NCBI GenBank assembly: GCA_035541395.1
Contig: DATKNJ010000124.1
Location: 1 to 39,532, forward strand
Origin: Anaerolineales bacterium
Lineage (GTDB): Bacteria > Chloroflexota > Anaerolineae > Anaerolineales > Villigracilaceae
Length of the DNA stretch: 39,532 nucleotides
Direction of reading: 5' to 3'
Shown here: one piece after another, positions 17,029 to 25,384 of the stretch
How the letters are laid out: every line of letters starts with the position of its first letter
Numbering within the stretch: the first letter of the stretch is position 1
The notes under the pieces: model-generated
What the model was told of the DNA's origin: nothing
The model's database searches: none
Seen by the model: the letters and a program-made list of their open reading frames with translations, nothing else
Made by a program: the position numbers and the translations under genes

Positions 17029-18552
17029 ATGCAAATTTCTTCTTCAAAAAACTTTGTGAAAAGTCGAGCCGGTCAATGTGCCGCGGTCTTAATCTTAGGG
17101 TTGATCGCCAGGCTTTTTGGAATCGCGTCCCGCTCCCTTTGGTACGACGAAGCTTTTTCTATATTATTTTCCGAAAAGGGAATCTCCGCCATGCTATACG
17201 GCACACTCGCTGCAACCGGCGCGGGCACTGCAGACGTCCATCCGCTTGGCTATTACGGCTTATTGTGGGCTTGGATGCGCGTGTTCGGCGAGTCGCCGGT
17301 TTCTGTTCGAATGTTGTCCATTCTAGCTGGGTTGGGAGTCATTGCAATTGTCTATTTGCTGACAAATGAGTTATTCAACTCGGGAGTCGCATTCGCAGCT
17401 GGAATCATCGTTGCTCTTGACCCATTCCAAGTCCATTACGCGCAGGAAATTCGGATGTATTCTTTCATGGCGTTATGGCTTTCATTGGCAACCTATGCAT
17501 ACTGGCGCGCGAGTCAAAGCTCTGGATGGAAATGGTGGCTTGCATTTTCGATCTTCGCCGCGCTGGCACAATATACTCAGAACCTTGCAGCTTTTTATCT
17601 AGTTCCTCTTGCGCTCTGGCCTCTATTTACTAAAAATCGAAAAGCCCTCAAAGCAGTGATATTGGCCGGGCTTTTTGCGATGTTACTTTACCTGCCATGG
17701 CTCATTCACTTACCCGCACAATTCGCCAAAGTAAGTCAAGCCTATTGGACAGCGCCTCCCGATGGTTATCGCCTTTTCACCCTTTTGCTGGTGTTCATAA
17801 CCAATCTGCCGCTTCCAAATTCGTGGCTCTTTGCAGGGCTATTTATCGCGCTGTTTGTAATTTCGGTTTGTGGTTGGCAAACATTTCGAGCAGCGCGTCA
17901 ACAGAATCCGAGCCTGACAAACGGATTGTGGATTTTATATTTGTCATTTGCTCCTCCAATTTTGTTATTCCTATTCTCACAATGGAAATCCGTCTACATT
18001 GAAAGAGCCTTATTGCCTTCCGGCGTAATGTTCTGCGTTTGGCTGGCTTGGGCATGGTCGGATACAAAACTGCCCAAGATAATCCAAGGCATTCTCGCGG
18101 CATTACTAATCATTGGATTTGGAATGGGCCTCTATCAACACGTGACCTACACCGGCTTCCCGTACGCGCCATACAAGACGCTGACTCAATATTTGGACAC
18201 GGCGAAGCAGACGAACGATGTAGTTGTTCATTCCAACAAGTTAAGTATGCTGCCCTCCGTTTATTATGACCGCCAACTGGCGCAAACATTTGTCGGTGAT
18301 CCGCCCGGCAGCAGCGTGGACACGTTGGCTCCGGCCACGCAGCAGGTTCTAGGTCTAAAAGCAGAAGCGGATATCCAAGCAGCAACAGGAGACGCGCGTC
18401 GAGTCTGGTTCATCCTTTTCAAAGAATCGAATCAGGAATACATCGACGCTGGAAAATCCATGCACCCGCAATTGGCTTGGCTGATGCAGAACTATTCTCT
18501 GCTCAACGAAAAGGATTGGGGCGATCTTCAGGTCTATCTTTTTTCAAAATGA
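17029..18552 (+). CDS. GT39/ArnT/PMT-like GT-C glycosyltransferase (2 of 4)
   Basis: The 507-aa protein has an acidic motif in the first loop (SLWYDEAFSILFS), as in ArnT/PMT_2 family enzymes. It has about 11 TM helices and a C-terminal soluble domain. Confidence 0.6.
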   Translation: MQISSSKNFVKSRAGQCAAVLILGLIARLFGIASRSLWYDEAFSILFSEKGISAMLYGTLAATGAGTADVHPLGYYGLLWAWMRVFGESPVSVRMLSILAGLGVIAIVYLLTNELFNSGVAFAAGIIVALDPFQVHYAQEIRMYSFMALWLSLATYAYWRASQSSGWKWWLAFSIFAALAQYTQNLAAFYLVPLALWPLFTKNRKALKAVILAGLFAMLLYLPWLIHLPAQFAKVSQAYWTAPPDGYRLFTLLLVFITNLPLPNSWLFAGLFIALFVISVCGWQTFRAARQQNPSLTNGLWILYLSFAPPILLFLFSQWKSVYIERALLPSGVMFCVWLAWAWSDTKLPKIIQGILAALLIIGFGMGLYQHVTYTGFPYAPYKTLTQYLDTAKQTNDVVVHSNKLSMLPSVYYDRQLAQTFVGDPPGSSVDTLAPATQQVLGLKAEADIQAATGDARRVWFILFKESNQEYIDAGKSMHPQLAWLMQNYSLLNEKDWGDLQVYLFSK

Positions 18553-20132
18553 CCACCACAAACCCATCTCTGACAAAAAAGGAACTTTTACTAGTCATCA
18601 TCGCATCGACGTTGATTTTGGCGTGGACCTCGATTCCGAATTGGGTCGGATACAACGCGCAGAACGATCAGCTTACATTTCGCGGCACGTTTTTCGATCC
18701 TACAGATTACTCAGTGCATATTGCCATGATACAGGCGGGCATGCAAGGCGAATGGGCTTACACGTTCCGATTTACAACAGAGCCACAGCAAGCAGCTTAC
18801 ATTCGAATGTTTTATATTGTTCTCGGCGAAATCAACCGCTTGTTCCGTGCGAATCCAGAATTGGTATTCCAAGTTGCGCGATGGCTTTGGGGGTACGCCG
18901 CGCTGGTTTCAATTTTCGCGTTGACGAGACGAATCTTCGAATCAAGGCGAGGACAATGGCTGGCCTTTTTCTTGATTGTTTTTGGAACAGGTTTGGGCTG
19001 GTTGCAAGTCATTTTGAATGCCAGCACGACGCCCACCGACTTTTGGCTCATCGATGCGTACGTTCTTTTTAGTCTCGCCATGTTTCCCCACTTTGCCTTT
19101 ACGCTTGCGCTGATGTGCGTGGCGTTGATCGCTTATTTTGATTATCTTCGCTCGGCGCGATGGGAAAAAATTGTGGTCGTTATCATTTCCGCGATCTTCG
19201 TCCAATTTGTGAATCCAATTGCTTTCATCCTGGTCGATATTACTATCACAGCAGCTGCTTTTCTAAATTGGATTCAGAAATCAAAAATAAATCGAGCTGA
19301 ATTTGTATCGCTGGCCGTCATCGCAACTGCGCAAGTTCCGTTATTTCTTTATAATTTTATATTACTGAGTCGTGATCCAATTTGGAGTCAGTTTACCGCG
19401 CAAAATACGACTCCTTCTCCGCCATTCATCGACTATTTATGGGGCTTTGGCTTGTTGTGGATATTGGCAATCATTGGCGCAGTACGCGCATTTCGCAAAA
19501 AATCTTCGCTTCTGCTTTCTTTCGCGATCTGGATTATCCTTGCTTTCATTCTTGCATACATGCCTTTTGCCATCCAACGAAGGTTTCTACTTGGCATTAC
19601 GATTCCATTTGGCGTGCTTTCAACTTACGGGTTATTGGAATTTTTTGAATCTCTGTCGACAAAAAGTTTTTGGAGGCCTTCAAGAATCGCTGTTGCAATG
19701 ACCTTTGTTATCATTGCCTTATCCATGACTTCGATCTTCCAAGTCCCCGCTTTCAGCTTTTATTTAATGAGTCGCCCTGAAAAATATTTCTATCCGCGGA
19801 CGTTAAATGCGGCCTTTGAATGGATAGACACGCACACCGCACCGAACGACTTCATTCTTAGTGATGACCAAACCGGGCAACTCGTCGCGCAGAAAACCGG
19901 GCGGCGCGTATATCTCGGTCACTTAATGGAAACGATCAATTACACCGCAAAAGTCACCGAGGTCAAATCTTATTATCAAGACGAACTGCCAACTAATTGG
20001 GTTTCACAATATCCAATCAGTTGGGTGATATACGGCCCTTACGAAAAACAAATCGCGCCTGATTTTCAGCCTAACCCCGATCTTGAATTGGTATATCAAA
20101 GTGACGATGTTCAAATCTACAAAGTCAAGTAA
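18549..20132 (+). CDS. Large polytopic membrane protein, putative GT-C-fold glycosyltransferase (3 of 4)
   Basis: The ATG at 18549 overlaps the preceding stop in an ATGA motif (MTTTNPSLTKKELLL...). The track start at 18477 lies inside the previous gene. The protein is about 527 aa with many TM helices and a C-terminal soluble domain. Confidence 0.45.
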   Translation: MTTTNPSLTKKELLLVIIASTLILAWTSIPNWVGYNAQNDQLTFRGTFFDPTDYSVHIAMIQAGMQGEWAYTFRFTTEPQQAAYIRMFYIVLGEINRLFRANPELVFQVARWLWGYAALVSIFALTRRIFESRRGQWLAFFLIVFGTGLGWLQVILNASTTPTDFWLIDAYVLFSLAMFPHFAFTLALMCVALIAYFDYLRSARWEKIVVVIISAIFVQFVNPIAFILVDITITAAAFLNWIQKSKINRAEFVSLAVIATAQVPLFLYNFILLSRDPIWSQFTAQNTTPSPPFIDYLWGFGLLWILAIIGAVRAFRKKSSLLLSFAIWIILAFILAYMPFAIQRRFLLGITIPFGVLSTYGLLEFFESLSTKSFWRPSRIAVAMTFVIIALSMTSIFQVPAFSFYLMSRPEKYFYPRTLNAAFEWIDTHTAPNDFILSDDQTGQLVAQKTGRRVYLGHLMETINYTAKVTEVKSYYQDELPTNWVSQYPISWVIYGPYEKQIAPDFQPNPDLELVYQSDDVQIYKVK

Positions 20133-21690
20133 TCTCTCCGGCACAGACCAGTTTGCATTGCTCCTCGCCTCGTTTGCGATTCTGGTTGGCTTGCTCCTGA
20201 GGCTAGCCCTGCCATTGACCGTGTCATTTCCGCTCAACGATGGCGGGTTGTTCTATGCAATGATTCGCGATCTGCAAACCAATCATTATTTCCTACCCGC
20301 CTTCACCAGTTACAACCTGGCTCACATTCCATTTGCTTATCCGCCGCTTGGCTTTTACATCGCGGCTATTCTCAGTCACGTTTGGAGTCTTCTCGATATC
20401 CTTCGTTTGTTACCGGCGATTTTCAGCGCGCTGGCGATTCCAGTTTTTTATTTGATCGCAAAGGAACTCATTCCGAATAAACAAATTGCAGCGCTTGCTG
20501 CTTTGATCTTTGCCCTGACACCGCGCGTCTATGAATGGCATATCATGGGCGGAGGGATTACGCGTTCGGTTGGATTTCTGTTCTCGCTGTTGACGATCTA
20601 CTTCACGATTCGACTCTACGCGACTCATCAAATCCGCTTCATTTTCTGGACTTCGATTTGCGGCGCGTTGACGATCCTCTCCCACCCCGAAGCCATTCCG
20701 CAAACGGTGCTAGCGTCCGCGCTCTTATATATATTCCGCGATCGTTCGCGAAAAGGATTGCTTTTCTCACTTGGCGTTGCTTCCGGCGTCATTGTGCTAT
20801 CCATGCCTTGGTGGTTGACCGTTTTGCAACAGCATGGAATCGCTCCATTCATCGCAGTTCTACAAGCCGCAGGGCAGGATAGTCCCAGTCTCTTTGAGCG
20901 TAGCTTTTTTGCACTGCAATTCAATTTCACCGGCGAACCGTTTCTACCATTGATTGGCATGCTTGCATTATTCGGAACTTTTTATAGTTTCTCAAAACGC
21001 GAATTCTTTTTACCAGTTTGGATGCTGGTCAGCTACCTCGTCGAGCCGCGCGGCGGAGCATTGGACATGATGCTCCCATTGACGATGTTAGCGGCGCAAA
21101 GCATGGGTGCGATCATTTTCCTTGGCGTGACCAATTCAAAGTCCGGAGAAGGACTTGAACAAGCATTAAAAACGAAAACGAGTAAAGCCATCAGCTTGTT
21201 TCTAATCATTTATTTATTGGTCGCGGGATATGCCGTCGAGTTCAGGATTTATACGCAGGCCAGTTTGAATGCACAAGATGTCGGCGCAATGAAATGGGCG
21301 CAAGCCAACACTTTACCAAACAGCCGCTTCATATTAGTAACAGGTCAGCAACCGCTCCTTGACCCAACTTCTGATTGGTTCCCTGCTTTGAGCGAGAGAC
21401 AGAATGTAGCCGCAACGTTCGGATATGAATGGACGAACGACGTGAGCTTTCGCCAGCGACTGAGCAATTACACATCGCTGCAAGATTGCGCCAACCAAAA
21501 TGCAGATTGTATTGAAACGTGGGAAAAGCAAACCGGCCTGACGTTTGATTATATTTATATTCGCACAACTACACAAAATAATTTACTGAGTCCTGCATTG
21601 GCAAATAATCTGCAAGACTCAGCAAACTATCAATTGGTTTATCAGAACGCGTCTGTGATGATCTTTACAAAAACTCAAAGCGGGAACTGA
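20107..21690 (+). CDS. Large polytopic membrane protein, putative GT-C-fold glycosyltransferase (4 of 4)
   Basis: I chose the ATG at 20107. TTG 20083 and GTG 20101 are alternatives, and all three overlap the previous gene. The first loop reads PLNDGGLFYAMIRD and later AYPPLGFY. The protein is about 527 aa. Confidence 0.45.
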   Translation: MFKSTKSSNLSGTDQFALLLASFAILVGLLLRLALPLTVSFPLNDGGLFYAMIRDLQTNHYFLPAFTSYNLAHIPFAYPPLGFYIAAILSHVWSLLDILRLLPAIFSALAIPVFYLIAKELIPNKQIAALAALIFALTPRVYEWHIMGGGITRSVGFLFSLLTIYFTIRLYATHQIRFIFWTSICGALTILSHPEAIPQTVLASALLYIFRDRSRKGLLFSLGVASGVIVLSMPWWLTVLQQHGIAPFIAVLQAAGQDSPSLFERSFFALQFNFTGEPFLPLIGMLALFGTFYSFSKREFFLPVWMLVSYLVEPRGGALDMMLPLTMLAAQSMGAIIFLGVTNSKSGEGLEQALKTKTSKAISLFLIIYLLVAGYAVEFRIYTQASLNAQDVGAMKWAQANTLPNSRFILVTGQQPLLDPTSDWFPALSERQNVAATFGYEWTNDVSFRQRLSNYTSLQDCANQNADCIETWEKQTGLTFDYIYIRTTTQNNLLSPALANNLQDSANYQLVYQNASVMIFTKTQSGN

Positions 21691-23003
21691 AATACCGCGT
21701 CTAGCATCAGTGCCAGGAAAATAAAAGCCAGGTACATACTCGACCAGCGATACATCGTCCAGGCAACTTTGTTGCCCGGTGTACGCCAAACGCGCCAGGC
21801 AGCATAAATGAGGGCCAACCCCAAAGCAATCGCCGAAACCAAATAGATGGTCCCAGCCAGCTTGAAGAGCGGCAACAACATTGTGATCGCAACCAGAATG
21901 AGTGTGTAGATCAAAATCTGGCGACGCGTCTCTTCTTCGCCGCGGACAACGGGCAGCATAGGAACGCCAGCGCGCTCGTAATCTTTTTGGCGGACGATGG
22001 CCAGCGCCCAAAAGTGTGGCGGAGTCCACATGAAAACGATGATGAACAAAATCCAAGCCGCCAGACTCAAATGGCCCGTTGCCGCGGCCCAGCCAACCAT
22101 CGGCGGGATCGCGCCGGCTCCGCCGCCGATAACGATGTTTTGTACTGTGGCTTTCTTCAGCCAAACGCTATAAAACAACACGTAATAAAAGATTCCTGCC
22201 AGTGACAAAACCGCAGCCAGGAGATTCACGAAACTCGCCAGAATGTAATAGCTGGCAAGGCACAAAGCCAAACCGAATGCCAATCCCTCCGCGGCCGTCA
22301 TGCGTTGCGCGGCCAATGGACGTTTGGAAGTGCGCTGCATATTTTTGTCGAGGTCGCGGTCGATATATTGATTCAAAGCCGAGGCGCCGCCCGCGGCCAA
22401 TGCACCACCCAACAAAGTCCACAAAGAAAGTGAAAAGGAGGGCCAAGCCTTCCCACCCGCGACCAAGCCCGCGTACGTGGTAACCAATAACAAGCCAACG
22501 ATCACCGGCTTGGTGAGAGTGAAGAAATCTTTGAGACGCTGATGCCATCCGAAAATGGAAGCAGATCCGGGATCCCGCAAGAGCGTGCCAGAGACAATTG
22601 TCACAGAGATGAGCGAAACCCAAAGTCCAATTGCAGTCAAAGCATGCAGGATCATCAAATGCATCGGGTAACCGCGTATCACTTCCATCGAGCCTACCAG
22701 CGCCTGACCAAAGAACAACACACTTGTGACGGTAACCAGCGGCAGGAAAAGGTTATCTTCTCTCTGCTCGCGCCATGCTTTCCGCAAAACGAGAACCATC
22801 AATACAGCCGCAATGGCGGCCAGAATGCGATGCAAAAGCGCCAGCCAACCGATTGGCGCCGTTGGAACGCACAACGGCCATGCTGCGCAAAAGGCTTTGG
22901 CGTCTGTAGTAGTTGCGAAGCGGCCGACCACAGTGAGGGCCAACACAGCACCCAGCAAAGCCAAGGTGAGTCTGGCGAACGAGGGAGATAATGAGTATTT
23001 CAT
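21675..23003 (-). CDS. ctaB: Fusion protein: 4-TM heme A synthase-like (CtaA/COX15 half) N-domain + protoheme IX farnesyltransferase (heme O synthase, CtaB/CyoE)
   Basis: The ATG at 23003 overlaps the SURF1 stop in an ATGA motif. The N-domain has CAAWPLC (Cys39/Cys45), LLHRIL (His58) and HLMILHAL (His115/His120). The C-domain has ALNQYIDRDLDKNMQRTSKRPL, NIVIGGGAGAIPPMVGW and WTPPHFWALA, which are canonical CtaB motifs. Confidence 0.8.
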   Translation of the reverse strand: MKYSLSPSFARLTLALLGAVLALTVVGRFATTTDAKAFCAAWPLCVPTAPIGWLALLHRILAAIAAVLMVLVLRKAWREQREDNLFLPLVTVTSVLFFGQALVGSMEVIRGYPMHLMILHALTAIGLWVSLISVTIVSGTLLRDPGSASIFGWHQRLKDFFTLTKPVIVGLLLVTTYAGLVAGGKAWPSFSLSLWTLLGGALAAGGASALNQYIDRDLDKNMQRTSKRPLAAQRMTAAEGLAFGLALCLASYYILASFVNLLAAVLSLAGIFYYVLFYSVWLKKATVQNIVIGGGAGAIPPMVGWAAATGHLSLAAWILFIIVFMWTPPHFWALAIVRQKDYERAGVPMLPVVRGEEETRRQILIYTLILVAITMLLPLFKLAGTIYLVSAIALGLALIYAAWRVWRTPGNKVAWTMYRWSSMYLAFIFLALMLDAVFQFPL

Positions 23004-23752
23004 TTTTCCTGCTTTCGTAAGTAGAGCAAAGGATAGGCCAAAAACAATATCGTCGCGAACGAAAACCATTGAATCGCATAACTCAAATGCGGACCGTTGC
23101 TGGTATCGACATCAGGTTGAAACGGAATCGGTGGTCGCGTGTCGGCCGCGTCTACGTTCGGTTGTACATAAACAGGCAACAATGGATAAGGAAGCTGTTG
23201 GCCGATCCGATTCAAATCAATGAGATACCAGAAATCGAGGCGGGTTTGCCCGGGAGTGAGAGTCGGATTCGGGACTCCGCCCAGTTCTGGCGCGGCCTGA
23301 CCGAGGCGCAGGATTCCGCTGAGAGTGACTTCGCCGGCCTGATCATATTGATGCCAATCTGACGGAGACTTGTTCCCGTCAGCAGGAATCCAACCGCGCT
23401 CCACCAGCACAGCAGATCCATTGTCCAACAACAGAGGCGTGAGCAAGTGATAACCTAATATATTCTTATCGTTATATTGATTCAACAGGACAACTTGATT
23501 TTGAGAATCAAACTTGCCTGTAACGGTCACGTTGCGATATTCCATCGTGGTCAAATCCGCGGAAGACGCGGTATTCAAATCAAGCGGCGGCATGGCGCGT
23601 ACTTCAAAATAATGTGCGTTGAACGCAAGGCGTTCCTGAAGCCGCGACAGTTGCCAAAATCCAAGTCGGACGAATACCGCGCAAATAGCCAGGACGATGA
23701 ACGTGATCAGAATCCATCGCCGCGAAAACATGATTCCAAGAAGACGGCGCAT
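23000..23752 (-). CDS. SURF1/Shy1-family cytochrome oxidase assembly protein
   Basis: An N-terminal TM is followed by GFWQLSRL. Later motifs are VERGWIP and HLSYAIQWFSFA, followed by a C-terminal TM. These are the classical SURF1 features. Confidence 0.85.
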   Translation of the reverse strand: MRRLLGIMFSRRWILITFIVLAICAVFVRLGFWQLSRLQERLAFNAHYFEVRAMPPLDLNTASSADLTTMEYRNVTVTGKFDSQNQVVLLNQYNDKNILGYHLLTPLLLDNGSAVLVERGWIPADGNKSPSDWHQYDQAGEVTLSGILRLGQAAPELGGVPNPTLTPGQTRLDFWYLIDLNRIGQQLPYPLLPVYVQPNVDAADTRPPIPFQPDVDTSNGPHLSYAIQWFSFATILFLAYPLLYLRKQEK

Positions 23753-23758
23753 ACAAAC

Positions 23759-24256
23759 TCACGAAGCTACTACTTTTGATTTCTTCGGCAAAACCAAAAT
23801 GCTGTACACAGAAAACAGAAAGCCCATCGGCACACCGGCCTCCAAGACTCCTTCCAAACGAATGCTCGGAGTCAACGGCTCATAGACATTGATGCCAAAA
23901 TATTGGCGAGGCTGGAAGGAACATTCATAAGCCAAATTTTCTACTGTGCCCAATTGAAGGCTGGCAGATGTTCCAGGCGGAATCCAAAGCGGGCCAAGCT
24001 GATGATTTTCAGTGTCTTCATTCTTGACGACCAAAGTATCGCCCTGAACAAAATTCATCGACTCGGGAATCGCGGGCGGTTGCTCACCACGCGCCACCGC
24101 AGCAGCAGTTCCAGCGGGAATTACCAACACAATCGAGCGCGGCGGCCGAGCCGTATCCTGAATGTATACAAACGTGATTTCGCTCAACAGCCAACCCAGC
24201 AGCAGTCCAAGGACTACAGAAATCAGTATGCGCTGAAAGATCAGGCGCCGATTCAT
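23759..24256 (-). CDS. Uncharacterised protein with N- and C-terminal TM helices inside the oxidase assembly operon
   Basis: The 165-aa protein has TM1 ILISVVLGLLLGWLL and a C-terminal TM GVPMGFLFSVYSILVL. The central beta-rich segment contains GDTLVVKNEDTENHQLGP. It starts 1 nt after the PCuAC stop and ends 6 nt before the SURF1 start. Confidence 0.5.
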   Translation of the reverse strand: MNRRLIFQRILISVVLGLLLGWLLSEITFVYIQDTARPPRSIVLVIPAGTAAAVARGEQPPAIPESMNFVQGDTLVVKNEDTENHQLGPLWIPPGTSASLQLGTVENLAYECSFQPRQYFGINVYEPLTPSIRLEGVLEAGVPMGFLFSVYSILVLPKKSKVVAS

Positions 24257-24257
24257 T

Positions 24258-24689
24258 TCATTGCTCCTTTACCGTGACTTGCACTTGAATCTGACCTGCA
24301 GTTTTGAAAATCAATCGAATCGGAAACGTGTCGCCCGCTTCCAATGGCTTCGCCAACCCGACCAACATCACATGGTAACCGCCTGGCGCAAATTCCACAT
24401 TTTGGTGTGCGGGCACTGCCACTTCTTGCATCGGTTTCATCGTCATGACATCATTGGCCTCTGACATCGACATATGAAGCTCAGTGCTGGACGCGATTTC
24501 AACACTGGCAGATAACAACGTGTCATCCTGTGACGTCCCGTTTGCGATCACAAAATAGACCGCGTCATTCTGTCCCGCGATGCTCGGACGCGCCCAGGCA
24601 TTTTGCACTTCCAAAGTGCTGCTCTTAGGCTGACATCCCACCAACAGAAGCAACGCCAGAAGTGTTCCAAATACTTTCTTCCAACTCAT
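24258..24689 (-). CDS. PCu(A)C copper chaperone (DUF461) lipoprotein
   Basis: The ATG at 24689 overlaps the SCO1 stop in an ATGA motif. It has a lipobox (LLLLVGC). The Cu(I) motif region is ELHMSMSEANDVMTMKPM....GGYHVML. Confidence 0.85.
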   Translation of the reverse strand: MSWKKVFGTLLALLLLVGCQPKSSTLEVQNAWARPSIAGQNDAVYFVIANGTSQDDTLLSASVEIASSTELHMSMSEANDVMTMKPMQEVAVPAHQNVEFAPGGYHVMLVGLAKPLEAGDTFPIRLIFKTAGQIQVQVTVKEQ

Positions 24690-25303
24690 CCCTGTGAGCC
24701 TCCTTGGTTGATAAGTAAGCGCAGGTCGAACAGAATATCCTGCCATTGCTCGCCATACGGATAGGACAAATGCAAATTACCCTGCTTATCCACAACCAAA
24801 ATACGCGCTGTATGCGAGACGATATAGTTACCGCTCGCGTCCTTTGGGCCAAGCTCACGGAAGATTCCGTACTCGGTCCAAACTGGCTGCAGGTCCGCGG
24901 TGGAACCGGAAAGCCCGATAAAGGAGGCGTCAAATTGATTCACATATCGCTGCATGGACTGCGGCGTGTCGCGGTCCGGGTCTACTGTGATGAATACAAT
25001 TTCGACTTTATTTGCATCCGAGCCTAAATTGGTATATGCTTGTTTTAAAGTTGCTAAAGTCGTTGGGCAAATATCCGGGCAGTAGGTGTATCCGAAATAC
25101 AACAAGACTACTTTGCCTTTTTGATCAGTTAATCGATATTCTTCCCCGTTTGCTTTTTTCAATGCGATCTCTGGCGCAGGAACGAGCGGGTCATACGTCG
25201 TTCCGCGAAATTGGGGTGGCTTGCCAAGCATCAACGTGGCAACTATGGCCAAGGCAATGAGCGCCAGGGACGCAAGACCAACCCACGCAAGCTTGCGATC
25301 CAT
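24686..25303 (-). CDS. SCO1/SenC-family copper chaperone / thiol-disulfide oxidoreductase
   Basis: I chose the ATG at 25303, with a GGAGG SD upstream. It has an N-terminal TM, the motif YTYCPDICP (CxxxC), and the conserved His in VSHTARILVVD. Confidence 0.9.
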   Translation of the reverse strand: MDRKLAWVGLASLALIALAIVATLMLGKPPQFRGTTYDPLVPAPEIALKKANGEEYRLTDQKGKVVLLYFGYTYCPDICPTTLATLKQAYTNLGSDANKVEIVFITVDPDRDTPQSMQRYVNQFDASFIGLSGSTADLQPVWTEYGIFRELGPKDASGNYIVSHTARILVVDKQGNLHLSYPYGEQWQDILFDLRLLINQGGSQG

Positions 25304-25384
25304 CTCTCTGCCTCCATGAATCGAGGCGACCATGATTATGATGGCCGCCCCGAAGAATTACACGATTCGTTATGTTGTCAGCAG

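Noticed and set aside
21619-23223. Several 100-180-aa alternative-frame ORFs over the ctaB/SURF1 region (21619..22164-, 22168..22623-, 22542..22991+, 22726..23223+).
   Set aside because: They overlap a gene with canonical heme O synthase motifs. Their translations are rich in Arg, Gly and Pro, as expected for off-frame reading of a hydrophobic membrane-protein gene.
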